Shown: one piece after another, positions 44,206 through 57,382 of the stretch | Position numbering within the stretch: position 1 is the first letter of the stretch | Layout of the letters: the number at the start of each line of letters is the position of its first letter | NCBI GenBank assembly: GCA_965224245.1 | Contig: OZ245046.1 | Coordinates: forward strand, 4,640,001-4,704,000 | Origin: Candidatus Eiseniibacteriota bacterium | GTDB taxonomy: Bacteria; Eisenbacteria; RBG-16-71-46; CAZAMP01 | Reading direction: 5' to 3' | DNA length: 64,000 nt | Made by a program: the position numbers and the translations under genes | The notes under the pieces: generated by a model | Seen by the model: the letters and a program-made list of their open reading frames with translations, nothing else | Told to the model about the DNA's origin: nothing | Databases searched by the model: none

Positions 44206-45465
44206 TCAGCGCGCCAGTCGCGAGATCTGGGCGACGATCTCCCGGACGCCGAGATACGCGAACAGCGCCAGCGACCCCCCGAGCACGACGTTCGCCAGGA
44301 GCCCGTTCCGCAGCTCCCCTAGGCTCCGCTTGTTGTTCATCACCAGGAGCGTCCCCGCCAGGAACGGCATGAACAGAGACCCCACGGCCGCGTACACGAC
44401 GACGAGCCACACCGGACGCTCCATCAAGAGGAGCAGCATCGGCGGAAACGTCATGAAGAGCACGTATCCGCGATAGAGCCACCCGTGCTGGCTCTCGTAT
44501 CGATCCATCGCGGCGCCCTTCGCCCCGCGGAGCAGCCCCACGTAGTTGCCGAACATGTACGGCACGCCCTGCCACACGCCGACGATCGACGTGGCCACCG
44601 AGCCCCAGAACCCGACGAGAAACACGAGCTCGCCCGGTCGGCCGAACCGGTCGGCCAGCACCTGCGCCATCTGGATGACGCCCTGGCTCCCGCTCACGCT
44701 CAGCCCGCGCGGCAGCAACACGACGCCACCGAGGAGAATCACCGCGACGCCGAAGAGCCCGGTCAGGAGATAGCCGACGCCGAGGTCGAACCGGACGACC
44801 CTCGAGAACCCGGGTCCGCTCCAGCCCTTCTCCCGCATCCAGTAGTTGTACGAGAGGAGCGTCAGCGTGCCTCCCACCCCCCCGATCACGCCCATCACGA
44901 GCACCGTGGATCCGCTGGGCAGCGTGGGGACGAGGAGCCCGCGCAGCGTGTCGGCCAGCGGCGGCGCCTGGAGCGCGGCGCTTCCCATGATCGCCACGAA
45001 CATGAGCCCGATCGCCCACTTCATCGCGCTCTCGAACACCCCGTATCCGCCCAGCGACACGAAGAGCGCGGCGCCGACGGCGTGGACGATCGCCCACGCC
45101 TTCACCGAGAGCGCGGGCACGAGCGCGTGCGCGGCCAGTCCGCACGCGCTCATCAGCGCCGCGGAGACGATGAAGGTCCACAGGACGAGATAGACGAGGA
45201 AGTAGATCCGGACCGGGGTGCCGAACGTCTCGACCCAGCCCTCGAGGATCGTCGTGTCGGTGGCGAGCTGCCAGCGTGCGACGCCCTCCGCGAGCGCGAA
45301 CTTCAGGAGCCCCCCGAACGCGGCGGCCCACAGGAGGGGCAATCCGTACGTGGCGCCGGCCTTGGTCGCGGCCACCAGATCACCCGCACCGACGCCCGTG
45401 GCCGCAACGACGATCCCGGGACCCAGCATCGAGAACAGCTGGCGCCAGGATCGCGGTGCGGTCAT
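44206..45465 (-). CDS. NRAMP-family (MntH-related, divergent) membrane transporter
   Basis: LGPGIVVAATGVGAGDL, GATYGLPLLWA, about 11 TM helices, LLVMNNKRSLGELRNG. Lacks the canonical DPGN metal motif. Confidence 0.75.
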   Translation of the reverse strand: MTAPRSWRQLFSMLGPGIVVAATGVGAGDLVAATKAGATYGLPLLWAAAFGGLLKFALAEGVARWQLATDTTILEGWVETFGTPVRIYFLVYLVLWTFIVSAALMSACGLAAHALVPALSVKAWAIVHAVGAALFVSLGGYGVFESAMKWAIGLMFVAIMGSAALQAPPLADTLRGLLVPTLPSGSTVLVMGVIGGVGGTLTLLSYNYWMREKGWSGPGFSRVVRFDLGVGYLLTGLFGVAVILLGGVVLLPRGLSVSGSQGVIQMAQVLADRFGRPGELVFLVGFWGSVATSIVGVWQGVPYMFGNYVGLLRGAKGAAMDRYESQHGWLYRGYVLFMTFPPMLLLLMERPVWLVVVYAAVGSLFMPFLAGTLLVMNNKRSLGELRNGLLANVVLGGSLALFAYLGVREIVAQISRLAR

Positions 45466-45602
45466 CGAGGCCCCTTTCGAACCGGCGAGGGTGACGATGG
45501 TGACGGCGGCGTTAGAGCCCGCACCGCGTCGAGCCCGCGCATCATCCGATCCCCGCCGGGATGCGTCAACCGCACGGCGACGATCGGCGTCGCCGGCGCC
45601 GA

Positions 45603-46229
45603 TCAGCGCCGGATGATGCTGAGCGCGTAGTCGCGGCCGAGACCGAAGCGATACGCACCGCTGATCCAGAGCAGCGCGAAGGACTCCAGCAGTCGCGACG
45701 ACGCGATCCCGCCGGCCTCGATCGCCTCGAAGCCGAGGTCGGTGGCCAGCCCGGCCACCGTGCGACGGGCCGTGTCGTCGTCGCCGGCGACGTACATCAC
45801 CGCCCGGCGACCCTCCATCTCCGGATCGATCATCACGTTGTACCCGACGGTGTTGAACGCCTTCACCACGCGTGCGCCGGACGCCCAGCGCGCGACCTGC
45901 TCACCACCCGAGTCGTCTCCGTGGTGCGTGAGTCCGGACAGATCGGGGAGAAGTGGGTTCGTGCAGTCGACGACGATCTTCCCCGAGAGGCGCCCCGCCG
46001 CGGAGATCGCGGCCTCGGTGGCGTTCCATGGCGTGGCCAGGACCACGACGTCGGCCGGGTCCACGACCTCCGGGATGGGACCGGCCGCGCCGCCGGCCTC
46101 GGCGGCCAGCGTCGCGTACTTCGGGTCGTCGGGGTTTCGAACGCCGTAGCGCACTTCGTGATCGCCACGGGCCCATCCGCTTCCGAGTGCCGTGCCCACG
46201 TTGCCGGCGCCGATGATTCCGATCTTCAC
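45603..46229 (-). CDS. NADPH-dependent F420 reductase-like (F420_oxidored) oxidoreductase
   Basis: KIGIIGAGNVG, VVLATPW, KIVVDCTNP, SGGE, VVKAFNT, VAGDD. Confidence 0.9.
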   Translation of the reverse strand: MKIGIIGAGNVGTALGSGWARGDHEVRYGVRNPDDPKYATLAAEAGGAAGPIPEVVDPADVVVLATPWNATEAAISAAGRLSGKIVVDCTNPLLPDLSGLTHHGDDSGGEQVARWASGARVVKAFNTVGYNVMIDPEMEGRRAVMYVAGDDDTARRTVAGLATDLGFEAIEAGGIASSRLLESFALLWISGAYRFGLGRDYALSIIRR

Positions 46230-46299
46230 GACGAGCCTCCCATGGCGGCGATCGTGGCCGCCGTATCCGCGCTGGTCAGTCCTCGTTCGGCGACCCGGC

Positions 46300-46340
46300 T
46301 TGACGGCGGTCGCCCAATTCGATTACGATACCGCATCGTA
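46300..46340 (+). promoter_or_regulatory. tetR promoter with overlapping palindromic operator
   Basis: TTGACG(46300)-N18-TACGAT(46324). Perfect inverted repeat TACGAT-accgc-ATCGTA at 46324-46340 in the divergent intergenic region. Confidence 0.65.
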
Positions 46341-46376
46341 TATTAATTGATCCGGTCCTGCAACCGCGGAGACGCC

Positions 46377-47006
46377 GTGGCATCAGAGGGTTCGACATGT
46401 CGCTCGCGTGGACGTCCGCGCGACCCGCGACTCGACGCGCGCATCCTCGATGTCGCGCTGGAGCTTCTTTCACGGCAAGGCTTTGCGCGGATGACCATCG
46501 AGGCGGTGGCCCGTCGGGCTGGCGTCCCGAAGCCGACGATCTATCGTCGCTGGGCCTGCAAGGCCGATCTGGCCACCGCGGCCCTGGCCCGGCTCCGCTC
46601 GATGGAGCCGACCCCCGCGGGAGACTCCACGCGCGAGGCGCTGGTGTCCATCCTGGCCGGGTTCCAGCGGAACCTGACGCGCCCGAACGGCCTGGCCATG
46701 ATCGGGACGCTCCTGGCCGAGGAAGCCCGGCATCCGGAGCTGATCGTGCTCTTCCGGGAGCGTATCGTCCTACCCAGACGGCGGACGATCCGCGACGCGC
46801 TCGAGCGGGGCGTCGGCCGGGGCGAGATTCGATCCGACGCGGACCTCGATGCCGCGGTGAACCTCCTGGCGGGGTCGCTCTACGCGCGATACCTCGCCGG
46901 ACCGCCGATCCCCGAGGGATGGCCGCGCCGCATCGTCGACGTCGTGCTCGACGGCATCGCGGACGGCGCCGGCGAGGCCCGGCGCCACGGCACCCGGCTC
47001 GGGTGA
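46377..47006 (+). CDS. TetR/AcrR family transcriptional regulator
   Basis: RGRPRD...ILDVALELL...TIEAVARRAGVPKPTIYRRW..K. GTG 46377 after GGAG. Confidence 0.92.
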   Translation: MASEGSTCRSRGRPRDPRLDARILDVALELLSRQGFARMTIEAVARRAGVPKPTIYRRWACKADLATAALARLRSMEPTPAGDSTREALVSILAGFQRNLTRPNGLAMIGTLLAEEARHPELIVLFRERIVLPRRRTIRDALERGVGRGEIRSDADLDAAVNLLAGSLYARYLAGPPIPEGWPRRIVDVVLDGIADGAGEARRHGTRLG

Positions 47007-47053
47007 CGGGGGAACACTCGCCGTGCACGACGAGAGAACGAACGGGGAACCCG

Positions 47054-49519
47054 ATGCAAAAGTACCTGAGGCTCTGCACCGAGAAGGCCGCGCAGTCGAT
47101 ACAGCGTGGTGTCAGCGAGATGGTGAGCATGCGGCGGCGCGTCTTCACCCCCGAGTTCCTGCTCGTCGGAATCCTCGAACAGAACGAATCCATGGCCACG
47201 CGGATCATCGAGGAGCTCGCCGACGATCCCGCCGCCACGCGGCAGAAGATCGTCGACGCCTGCGTGGACTCGCCCATGCACGAGAAGGACCAGATGGTCA
47301 CGCCGCAGCAGCCGCAGGTGCTGGTGAGCCCGCAGGTGCAGCACGTGCTCGAGGCCGCGCACGGTGAGGCCCAGCGCGCCGAGGACAAGTTCATCGGAAG
47401 CGGGACGCTGTTCCTCGGCCTGTTCCACGAGGAGGCCGGGCGCGTCGCCACCATTCTCCGGGACGTGGGACTCGACACCGACCGTGCGCGAGAGGCGTAC
47501 GTCCAGCTGCGCGGCGCGCGACGTCTCGATTCCAAGGACGCCGAGCAGAAGACCGCGTTCCTGGAGCAGTACACGACCGACCTCACCGAGCTGGCCCGGC
47601 GCGGAGAGCTGGACCCGGTCATCGGACGTCAGAACGAGATCCGCCGCGTGATCCAGATCCTGTCCCGGCGCAAGAAGAACAACCCCGTCGTGATCGGCGA
47701 GCCCGGCACCGGGAAGACCGTCATCGTCGAGGGCCTCGCGCAGCGGATCGCCGCTGCCGAGGTGCCAGAGACGCTCCTCGGCAAGCAGGTGCTGCTCCTG
47801 GACATGGGCGAGCTGATGGCCGGCGCCAAGATGCGCGGCGAGTACGAGGAGCGCGTGAAGGCGATCAAGGACGAGGTCATCGCGGCGGGAGGCCAGATCA
47901 TCCTGTTCATCGACGAGCTGCACATGGTCGTGGGCGGGGGCGGCGACGCCGGCGGGAACGCCGCCAGCAACATGCTCAAGCCCGCGCTGGCGCGAGGTCA
48001 GCTGCAGTGCGTCGGCGCCACGACGACCGAGGAGTACAAGCGGTTCATCGAGAAGGACAAGGCGCTGGAGCGCCGCTTCCAGCCCATTCTTCTGGAGGAG
48101 CCCGACGTCGAGACCACGGTGCAGATCCTCGAGGGGCTGAAGGAGCACTACGAAGCACACCACCACATTCGCTACGACGACGAGGCCGTCCGGCAGGCGG
48201 CGGTGCTCTCCGAGCGCTACATCACCGACCGGCGGCTTCCCGACAAAGCCATCGACCTCCTCGACGAGGCCGGGAGCCGCAAGCACATCGACATGATCTA
48301 CGTGGACCCCGAGGTCGCGCACCTCGAGAAGGAGCGCCAGGAGGTCGTGGCGAGGAAGATGGCGGCTTTCGCGGCGCAGGACTTCCAGTCGGCCGCCGAG
48401 ATGCAGCAGCGCGCGATCCAGCTCAAGGACGCCATCGACCGCGCACGCAAGGAGAGCGCTGACGCCCGCGAGGACGGCGTCGTGACCGCCGACGACGTGG
48501 CCGCGGTGATCGCCGAGTGGACAGGGATCCCGGCCGCGCGCATCGCCGAGAGCGAGGCCGACAAGCTCGGACGCATGGAGGACAACATCCATCACCGGGT
48601 GATCGGGCAGGAGGAGGCCGTGGAGGCCGTCTGCAACGCGATCCGTCGCAATCGCGCCGGCCTCCGGAAGAGCTCACGTCCGATCGGATCGTTCCTGTTC
48701 CTCGGCCCCACCGGCGTTGGCAAGACCGAGCTGGCCAAGGCGCTGGCCGAGTTCCTCCTGGACGACGAGTCGAAGATCATCCGCCTCGACATGTCGGAGT
48801 ACACGGAGCGCCATCAGGTGGCGCGCCTCATCGGGGCGCCCCCGGGATACGTGGGCTACGGCGAGGGCGGTCAGCTCACCGAGGCCGTTCGCCGGCGGCC
48901 GTACTCGGTGGTGCTCCTCGACGAGATGGAGAAGGCGCACCACGACGTCTTCAACATCCTTCTCCAGATCCTGGACGAGGGCACGTTGACCGACAGCGAG
49001 GGCCGGCTGGTCTCGTTCCGGAACACCGTGATCGTGGGCACGAGCAACATCGGCAGCCACAAGATCGCCGACGAGAGGACCGCGATCGGGTTCGGCTCGG
49101 GCAAGAACCAGATCACCTACGACGAGGCGCGGCGGCGCGTGCTCGACGAGGTCCGGAAGACGTTCAAGCCCGAGTTCGTCAACCGGATCGACGACATCAT
49201 CGTGTTCCATCAGCTCGAGAAGCATCATCTCCGGGAGATCGTCGACCTCGTGCTCGCCGATCTCGTCGGACATCTCGCGGAGCGCCGCATCGCGCTCGAG
49301 GTGAGCGACGAGGTGAAGGACTTCCTCGTCGAGGCGGGCTACTCGCCGGTGTACGGGGCGCGGCCGCTCAAGCGCGAGGTCGAGCGGCGCGTGGAGAACC
49401 CCCTGTCGATGGCGATCATCGACCAGAAGTTCGGCGAGGGGGACCGGATCGTGGCACGCCTGGGAGACGACAACGCGGTGGTGTTCGAGACCGCGCCGGC
49501 CATCGTGACCGGAGCGTAG
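47054..49519 (+). CDS. clpC: ATP-dependent Clp protease ATP-binding subunit, ClpC-type
   Basis: Clp-N repeats, [21 protein letters not shown], short UVR-like M domain, [20 protein letters not shown] ClpP-docking loop, GARPL. Confidence 0.93.
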   Translation: MQKYLRLCTEKAAQSIQRGVSEMVSMRRRVFTPEFLLVGILEQNESMATRIIEELADDPAATRQKIVDACVDSPMHEKDQMVTPQQPQVLVSPQVQHVLEAAHGEAQRAEDKFIGSGTLFLGLFHEEAGRVATILRDVGLDTDRAREAYVQLRGARRLDSKDAEQKTAFLEQYTTDLTELARRGELDPVIGRQNEIRRVIQILSRRKKNNPVVIGEPGTGKTVIVEGLAQRIAAAEVPETLLGKQVLLLDMGELMAGAKMRGEYEERVKAIKDEVIAAGGQIILFIDELHMVVGGGGDAGGNAASNMLKPALARGQLQCVGATTTEEYKRFIEKDKALERRFQPILLEEPDVETTVQILEGLKEHYEAHHHIRYDDEAVRQAAVLSERYITDRRLPDKAIDLLDEAGSRKHIDMIYVDPEVAHLEKERQEVVARKMAAFAAQDFQSAAEMQQRAIQLKDAIDRARKESADAREDGVVTADDVAAVIAEWTGIPAARIAESEADKLGRMEDNIHHRVIGQEEAVEAVCNAIRRNRAGLRKSSRPIGSFLFLGPTGVGKTELAKALAEFLLDDESKIIRLDMSEYTERHQVARLIGAPPGYVGYGEGGQLTEAVRRRPYSVVLLDEMEKAHHDVFNILLQILDEGTLTDSEGRLVSFRNTVIVGTSNIGSHKIADERTAIGFGSGKNQITYDEARRRVLDEVRKTFKPEFVNRIDDIIVFHQLEKHHLREIVDLVLADLVGHLAERRIALEVSDEVKDFLVEAGYSPVYGARPLKREVERRVENPLSMAIIDQKFGEGDRIVARLGDDNAVVFETAPAIVTGA

Positions 49520-49582
49520 ACGGCGCTCTCGATCCGTCGTCGGTCGTTGCGACCCGGGGGCCGCTGTGGCACCCTCTCGCCC

Positions 49583-50857
<1,275 letters not shown>

Positions 50858-50927
50858 AGGTGCGACCGGCGGCGGCGTGGAGGCTGTGACTACATCGGCG
50901 CCGCGTGCCTGACGCGCGGGAGGCGCG

Positions 50928-51491
50928 ATGGACTCGGTGCTCTCGATCATCCTCGGGATCTGTCTCGCCGCGGCGTGTGGGTTCCGTGTCTTCGTCCCGT
51001 TCCTGGCCGCCAGCGTCGCCGTGCGGGCGGGCGCCCTCGAGCTGACCGATTCGTTTGTGTGGATCGGGAGCGAGGCGGCGCTCGCGGTCTTCGCGGCCGC
51101 CTCGATCGCCGAGGTGGTCGCGTACTACGTGCCCTGGTTCGACTCGCTTCTCGACGCGATCGTCGGCCCGGCGGCCGTCATCGCCGGCGTGCTGCTCTCC
51201 GCGTCCGTGCTCACCGACATGTCGCCTGCGCTCCGCTGGTCGCTGGCGCTGATCGCCGGGGGCGGGACCGCCGGCATCATGCAGGGCGCGACCACCGCGC
51301 TGCGGGCCGGCTCGACCGTCTCGACCGCCGGACTGGCCAACCCGGCCGTGGCGACCGGCGAGCTCGTCGCCGCCGCGGGGGTGCCGGCCCTCGCAATTGC
51401 GTTCCCGATCGTCTGCTTCGTGCTGCTCGCCGGATTCGCGGTGCTGATGTGGCGCGCCGGGGGCCGCCTGTGGCCGAGGCGCCGCCGCTGA
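50928..51491 (+). CDS. DUF4126 family membrane protein
   Basis: LGICLAAACGFRVFVP, YYVPWFDSLLD, GLANPAVATGE. Confidence 0.85.
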   Translation: MDSVLSIILGICLAAACGFRVFVPFLAASVAVRAGALELTDSFVWIGSEAALAVFAAASIAEVVAYYVPWFDSLLDAIVGPAAVIAGVLLSASVLTDMSPALRWSLALIAGGGTAGIMQGATTALRAGSTVSTAGLANPAVATGELVAAAGVPALAIAFPIVCFVLLAGFAVLMWRAGGRLWPRRRR

Positions 51492-51594
51492 GCCGGCTTC
51501 CCACGCAGATTTCCTCGGGCCGGACCGCCCCGAGCTGATAGCATCCCCGCCTCGCAACCGTCGCTCTCGACCCCGTTTCCCGGCAGGTTTCGAC

Positions 51595-52989
<1,395 letters not shown>

Positions 52990-53394
52990 ACGCGGACGGG
53001 CTCGCTCGTCGAGCCGGCACCCGCGTCGTCGGATTCTCCAACATCAGGTCGATCCCTTCTGGAAGGTCGCTGGAGACGCTCGCGATCTCGTCGGTGTACC
53101 CGGGTGCAATCGAGCCGCCGCAACGAAGCCGCGTCGCAACGCTGACCCCTCGGACAACGAGAGAACTCGTCGGCGTTCATGTCCCCGTCTCGTCGGTGAG
53201 CGCCAGGCTGCGAGCCGACCAAAGGACGGCAATCCAGCTGCACGAGTCGCGCCTCGGCGAGAGTCGCGCTTCGAGATTCTCACCCTTCGACCAAACGACC
53301 GCGCTTGATCCGTGGGAAGCCGGCCCACAACGATCCGGCTCGAGAACGTGGCCTGCCGGAGGTGTCCGGTCGCCTCGCGTGCATCATGGCCTCG

Positions 53395-55545
53395 TCACCG
53401 GAGAAGCACGACGCGATCCGACGCCACGATACCCCCCGACGTGCGCGCGCGGATCCAGTAGATCCCCGCAGCGAGCGGTCGTCCGTCCGCCCGGCGGCCG
53501 TCCCACCGGAGCTCGTGCGTGCCGGCCTGGAGCCGACCCGGCGACAGCACCCGGAGCCGGCGCCCGCTCACGTCGTGGACGTCGACGTCCACGCGGGCCG
53601 TCTGCCCCACGTCGAGGCGAACGCGCACGCCGCCCGCGGCGGCGGTGGCGATCACGTCGAGACCACGCCCGACACCACGTCCCGGGTCGTGCACCGACAC
53701 CACGTCGGGAACGGTCCCGATGAGGATCGAGGAGCCGCCGCTGCCGACGACGACTCGATCGCCGCGCACCAGCACCGACTGCGGGCCGTACTCCATCGGA
53801 ACCCTGGGCGTGGTCCACGTGATGCCGCCGTCGGCGGACAGGCGGACCGAGGCAATGGAGTACCCGCCTGCCGCGAGTGCGTTGCCGTTGCCGTCGAGCT
53901 CGCGCGCCTGGGCGGTGCTCACCTGGGTCCACGTCTCGCCGCCGTCGGTGGTCCGGTAGAGTGCCTCCGCGGCGATGACCCCCGTGGTCTCGTCGATCCA
54001 GGCCATGCCGAAGATCATGCGCGAGGGCAACCCCGCACCCGCCGGGTGGAACCAGGTGGCGCCCGCGTCGTCGGAGCGCCAGAGGCTCGACGTGAACGTG
54101 CCGCCGCCGCCCGCGTACACGACGTCGCCCCCGGCCGACGCCACGCACTCCATGCGTTCGGCGCCCGCCGGCGTGTCCGACCACGTCAGGCCACCGTCGG
54201 TGGATCGCTCGACGGTGCCGGACGACTCCCGCACGAGTGACGCCAGCACGACGTCGTCCCCGACCATCGCGAGGTCGGTGACGAAGCCCGAGCTCGACTG
54301 GAGCGCGTGGCCGGTCCACGTGGCCCCGCCGTCGGTGGTGCGATCGACCTGGACGCCCCCGCCGGGTTCGTACCCGGCCGCGAAGCCGACGTCGTCGTCG
54401 CGGAAGTGGATGGCCATCACCCAGTCCGATGGCGGCTCGTTCGGGTCCACGACCCACGTCGTGCCCACGTCGTCGCTACGAAGCCAGCGCTTCTGGTAGC
54501 CGGTGGTGGCGTAGCCGGACGCGAACACCGTGCCGTCGGGGCGATCGCCGAGGGCATCGACGATGAAGCGTGACCCGTCGTCGGGGTCGAGGGTGGCATT
54601 GGTCCAGGCCTCCCCGTCCGGGCTCCGGAACACGTCTCCGGAAGAGGACACGGCGAGGAAGCCCCCGGCGGGATGGCGGATGGCATCGAGGAAGCCGCCG
54701 ACGTCCTGGCGCAACACGGGGTACGTCCACGTCGCGCCATCGTCGTCGGTGCGCGCGATGGCGGCCCCTTCGGTGTCGATGAAGACGGTGTAGTGGTCGG
54801 CGTCGTCGATGAACACGCGACGCTGGTAGATGGGATCGCTGAACTCGTGCTTCTCGGTCCAGCTGACACCCCCGTCCCGCGTGCGCCAGGAGGAGAACTC
54901 CCCGACGATGACGCCCTCGTCGCCGGCGAAGTCGATGGCCTCGCAGGAGGCGCTCGTCGCGGCGCCGCCGGGGAGGTCGGTCCACGTGACGCCGCCGTCG
55001 ACGGTCTCGCGGGCGAGGCTGTTGCCCACCACGATGCCGCGGTCGGCGTCGAACCAGTACTGCCCCTTGAGCCCGGTCGCGCCGGGACTCGTCAAGAGCG
55101 ACCAGGTGAGGCCTCCGTCGGTGGAGCGAAGAACCTCGGAGAGGTACCCGAGAACGGTGAGGACGCCATCCACCTGGGTCAGCTCGCGGAGCGACTCGGT
55201 CGCCGGATGGGCGATCTCGATCCACGTCTCGCCCCCATCGGTGGAGCGGAGGATGCGGCCGGGCTCGGTGACGGCCACCAGCGTGCCCGGGGCAACCACC
55301 TCGACCTCGCGTATCGTCTCGTCGAGGGCGTCGCGGTCGCTGACGTCGGTCCAGCTCGCGCCGCCGTCGGTGGTGCGCATCACCGTGCCGCGTGCGCCCA
55401 CGGCGTAGCCCGTGGTGGCGGACTCGAACGCGACACCCCACAGGGCGTTGCCCTGAGGCAGGGGATTCTGCCACGTGAAGTCGGTGGCGAGTGCGGACGA
55501 TGCCAGGGCCAGGAGCGCGAGCGGTCGGGTGCAGCGAGCGAGCAT
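53395..55545 (-). CDS. Secreted BNR/YCF48-related beta-propeller with FlgD-Ig/T9SS-like CTD
   Basis: WQNPLPQGNAL, many RSTDGG.TW Asp-box repeats, C-terminal WDGRRADGRPLAAGIYW. Confidence 0.88.
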   Translation of the reverse strand: MLARCTRPLALLALASSALATDFTWQNPLPQGNALWGVAFESATTGYAVGARGTVMRTTDGGASWTDVSDRDALDETIREVEVVAPGTLVAVTEPGRILRSTDGGETWIEIAHPATESLRELTQVDGVLTVLGYLSEVLRSTDGGLTWSLLTSPGATGLKGQYWFDADRGIVVGNSLARETVDGGVTWTDLPGGAATSASCEAIDFAGDEGVIVGEFSSWRTRDGGVSWTEKHEFSDPIYQRRVFIDDADHYTVFIDTEGAAIARTDDDGATWTYPVLRQDVGGFLDAIRHPAGGFLAVSSSGDVFRSPDGEAWTNATLDPDDGSRFIVDALGDRPDGTVFASGYATTGYQKRWLRSDDVGTTWVVDPNEPPSDWVMAIHFRDDDVGFAAGYEPGGGVQVDRTTDGGATWTGHALQSSSGFVTDLAMVGDDVVLASLVRESSGTVERSTDGGLTWSDTPAGAERMECVASAGGDVVYAGGGGTFTSSLWRSDDAGATWFHPAGAGLPSRMIFGMAWIDETTGVIAAEALYRTTDGGETWTQVSTAQARELDGNGNALAAGGYSIASVRLSADGGITWTTPRVPMEYGPQSVLVRGDRVVVGSGGSSILIGTVPDVVSVHDPGRGVGRGLDVIATAAAGGVRVRLDVGQTARVDVDVHDVSGRRLRVLSPGRLQAGTHELRWDGRRADGRPLAAGIYWIRARTSGGIVASDRVVLLR

Positions 55546-55837
55546 GGAATGCCTCTCCGGAGGTTCTGGGGACCGAGGACGACGTCGGCGTTCATCCTGG
55601 CAGTCCGACCATCCTCCTCCGAAGATACATGGACCGCCTTTCTCCGCTGCTCCTCGACCGAGGCTCTTCCGGCGCGCTCGTCCTGTGGCGACCGGTCGTC
55701 TGCGCGGTCGCGGAACCCGGTCGACTCGCTAACTCTTTTGACTCCAACGTGCTCGGGCCGCGGGATGAGCCGCGGGGATCGAGCGTAGACCCGGCCGGAC
55801 GTCCACGCCGGCTACTCGTGATTCGCTCCGCGGCGTC

Positions 55838-56434
55838 TCAGCAATCGGTGCATGCGTCCGGGTCGTGACAGTCGACCACGCGGCCGCCCGCGTCGAACTC
55901 CAGATGGCAGCAGGCCATGAACGAATCGCGGAGCTTCCGGCGCGCACGCTGGACGCGCGACTTGGCCCCGGAGATCGACAGGCCGAGCGTGTCGGCAACC
56001 TCCTGCTGCTTGCGACCTTCCAGATCGGCGAGCGTGATCGCGATCCGGTCGGCCTCGGCAAGCTGGGCCACGAGCGAGCGCACGCACGCGGTGAGATCCG
56101 CCTCGTCGCCGAGCGTGGCGTCGGGTCCGGAGGGCGTGTCCGCGATGGCAGCCCGATCGGCACCGTGAGAACTCGGCACCGAATCGTCGGTCAGCACCAC
56201 GTCGTCGGGTCGGCGCCGGGCCCGGCGCGCACGATCCACGAGCGCATTGCGCGTGATGCGGTAGAGCCACCCGCGAAAGTTCTCGTCATCCCGTAAGGTC
56301 GCCCGGGACTGCCAGGCCCGAAGGAGCACGTCCTGGACCACGTCGTCGGCCGTCACCGCATCGTGCGTCCGGGCCAGCACGAACCGGCGCAGCTCCGCTC
56401 GGAAGTCGGCCCACGGAACGGACGTCTGCGTCAT
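55838..56434 (-). CDS. sigZ: ECF sigma factor, SigZ-like
   Basis: DDVVQDV, FRGWLYRITRNALVD, SISGAKSRVQRARRKL and the SigZ-type tail ACCHLEFD..G.VVDC. GAGGTG SD. Confidence 0.85.
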   Translation of the reverse strand: MTQTSVPWADFRAELRRFVLARTHDAVTADDVVQDVLLRAWQSRATLRDDENFRGWLYRITRNALVDRARRARRRPDDVVLTDDSVPSSHGADRAAIADTPSGPDATLGDEADLTACVRSLVAQLAEADRIAITLADLEGRKQQEVADTLGLSISGAKSRVQRARRKLRDSFMACCHLEFDAGGRVVDCHDPDACTDC

Positions 56435-56679
56435 CGTGTTCACCTCTGCTGTCGTTTCTCCGGCCAACGAACGAGAGGCCGCTCGCGACTCGCCGACATC
56501 ATACGCTCGAGCGGCGACTCGCGGGCACGGTCCCGGGACACGTCCGGGCCGGGACCGGCGGCACCCCGCCACAGGACAGACCTCCACCCATGAAGACGCT
56601 CGGGGTCGAAAAAGGACGCATGCCGCCGCAACTCCATGGTGTAACGTATGATCCAGAGACCGATCGACGGGAGGTGACG

Positions 56680-57348
56680 GTGCTTTCACGACGTTCTTTC
56701 GCCCGGATGGCCGGGGTGCTCGCGGCGGCCGGCTGGCTGGCGGCGCCCGGTGCCGTGGTGGCCCAGGATGGAGCCGATCGCTTCTACACCGGCGTCGGGG
56801 CCGATCCCGATGCCACGCTCGAGTTCCTGTTCGAGGTCACGTTCATGAAGATCGACGTGGCCGACGTGGCGGCGGCGTTGCCCCCGGCGGCGAGCGCCGC
56901 CCTCGTGGACGCGATCGCGATCGACGACAAGTCGGATCGACGCGCCCGCATTCGCGAGGTTCTGACCGAGGCCGATCCGGTCGTCTGCTCGATGACGTTT
57001 CAGCGCGACGCCGACTGGGGACGCTTGGAGAAGAGCCTCTCGCGCACCTGGAAGGCGGCCGAGGCGTGTGGCGCGGTGGACGCCACCCGTCGTGGCGAGA
57101 TCGAGCTGGACATGGCGGCCGTCATGGCACCCCTCGTCGAGCGGGGCGCGCTCGAAGGGGACGAGCTTCTCTATCGCGTGGACGGCGACGAGGTGACGAT
57201 CGCGTACGTCACGGTGGACGGCGAGCTGCTGGCCGAGACGACGCGGACCGGCGCCGACTGGGCGGACGGCGTCCGCGCCGCGTTCTTCTGCGCCGAGTCG
57301 CGCTACGGGAAGAAGTTCATCGAGGTGGCCGAGAAGCGGCGCCCCTGA
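56680..57348 (+). CDS. Exported protein with Tat-like signal, possibly chalcone-isomerase-like fold
   Basis: GTG after GGAGG, SRRSF twin-arginine motif plus hydrophobic stretch. FMKIDV, MTFQRD and EGDELLY loosely resemble CHI-like proteins. Confidence 0.55.
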   Translation: MLSRRSFARMAGVLAAAGWLAAPGAVVAQDGADRFYTGVGADPDATLEFLFEVTFMKIDVADVAAALPPAASAALVDAIAIDDKSDRRARIREVLTEADPVVCSMTFQRDADWGRLEKSLSRTWKAAEACGAVDATRRGEIELDMAAVMAPLVERGALEGDELLYRVDGDEVTIAYVTVDGELLAETTRTGADWADGVRAAFFCAESRYGKKFIEVAEKRRP

Positions 57349-57382
57349 GTCCGTCTCGACTCGGCGTACCGTCGGCCACTGG

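Noticed and set aside
44177-45331. Apparent NRAMP-DUF1697 fusion or frameshift
   Set aside because: The NRAMP-like gene has its own stop at 44206, and DUF1697 has an ATG at 44176 with a GGAGG SD. They are separate genes.
45603-46229. Evidence for cofactor F420 metabolism
   Set aside because: This family is widespread in organisms without F420, and no F420 biosynthesis genes are in the window.
46397-47053. Long N-terminal extension of ClpC in the ORF track
   Set aside because: It overlaps tetR in another frame. Clp-N homology begins at ATG 47054.
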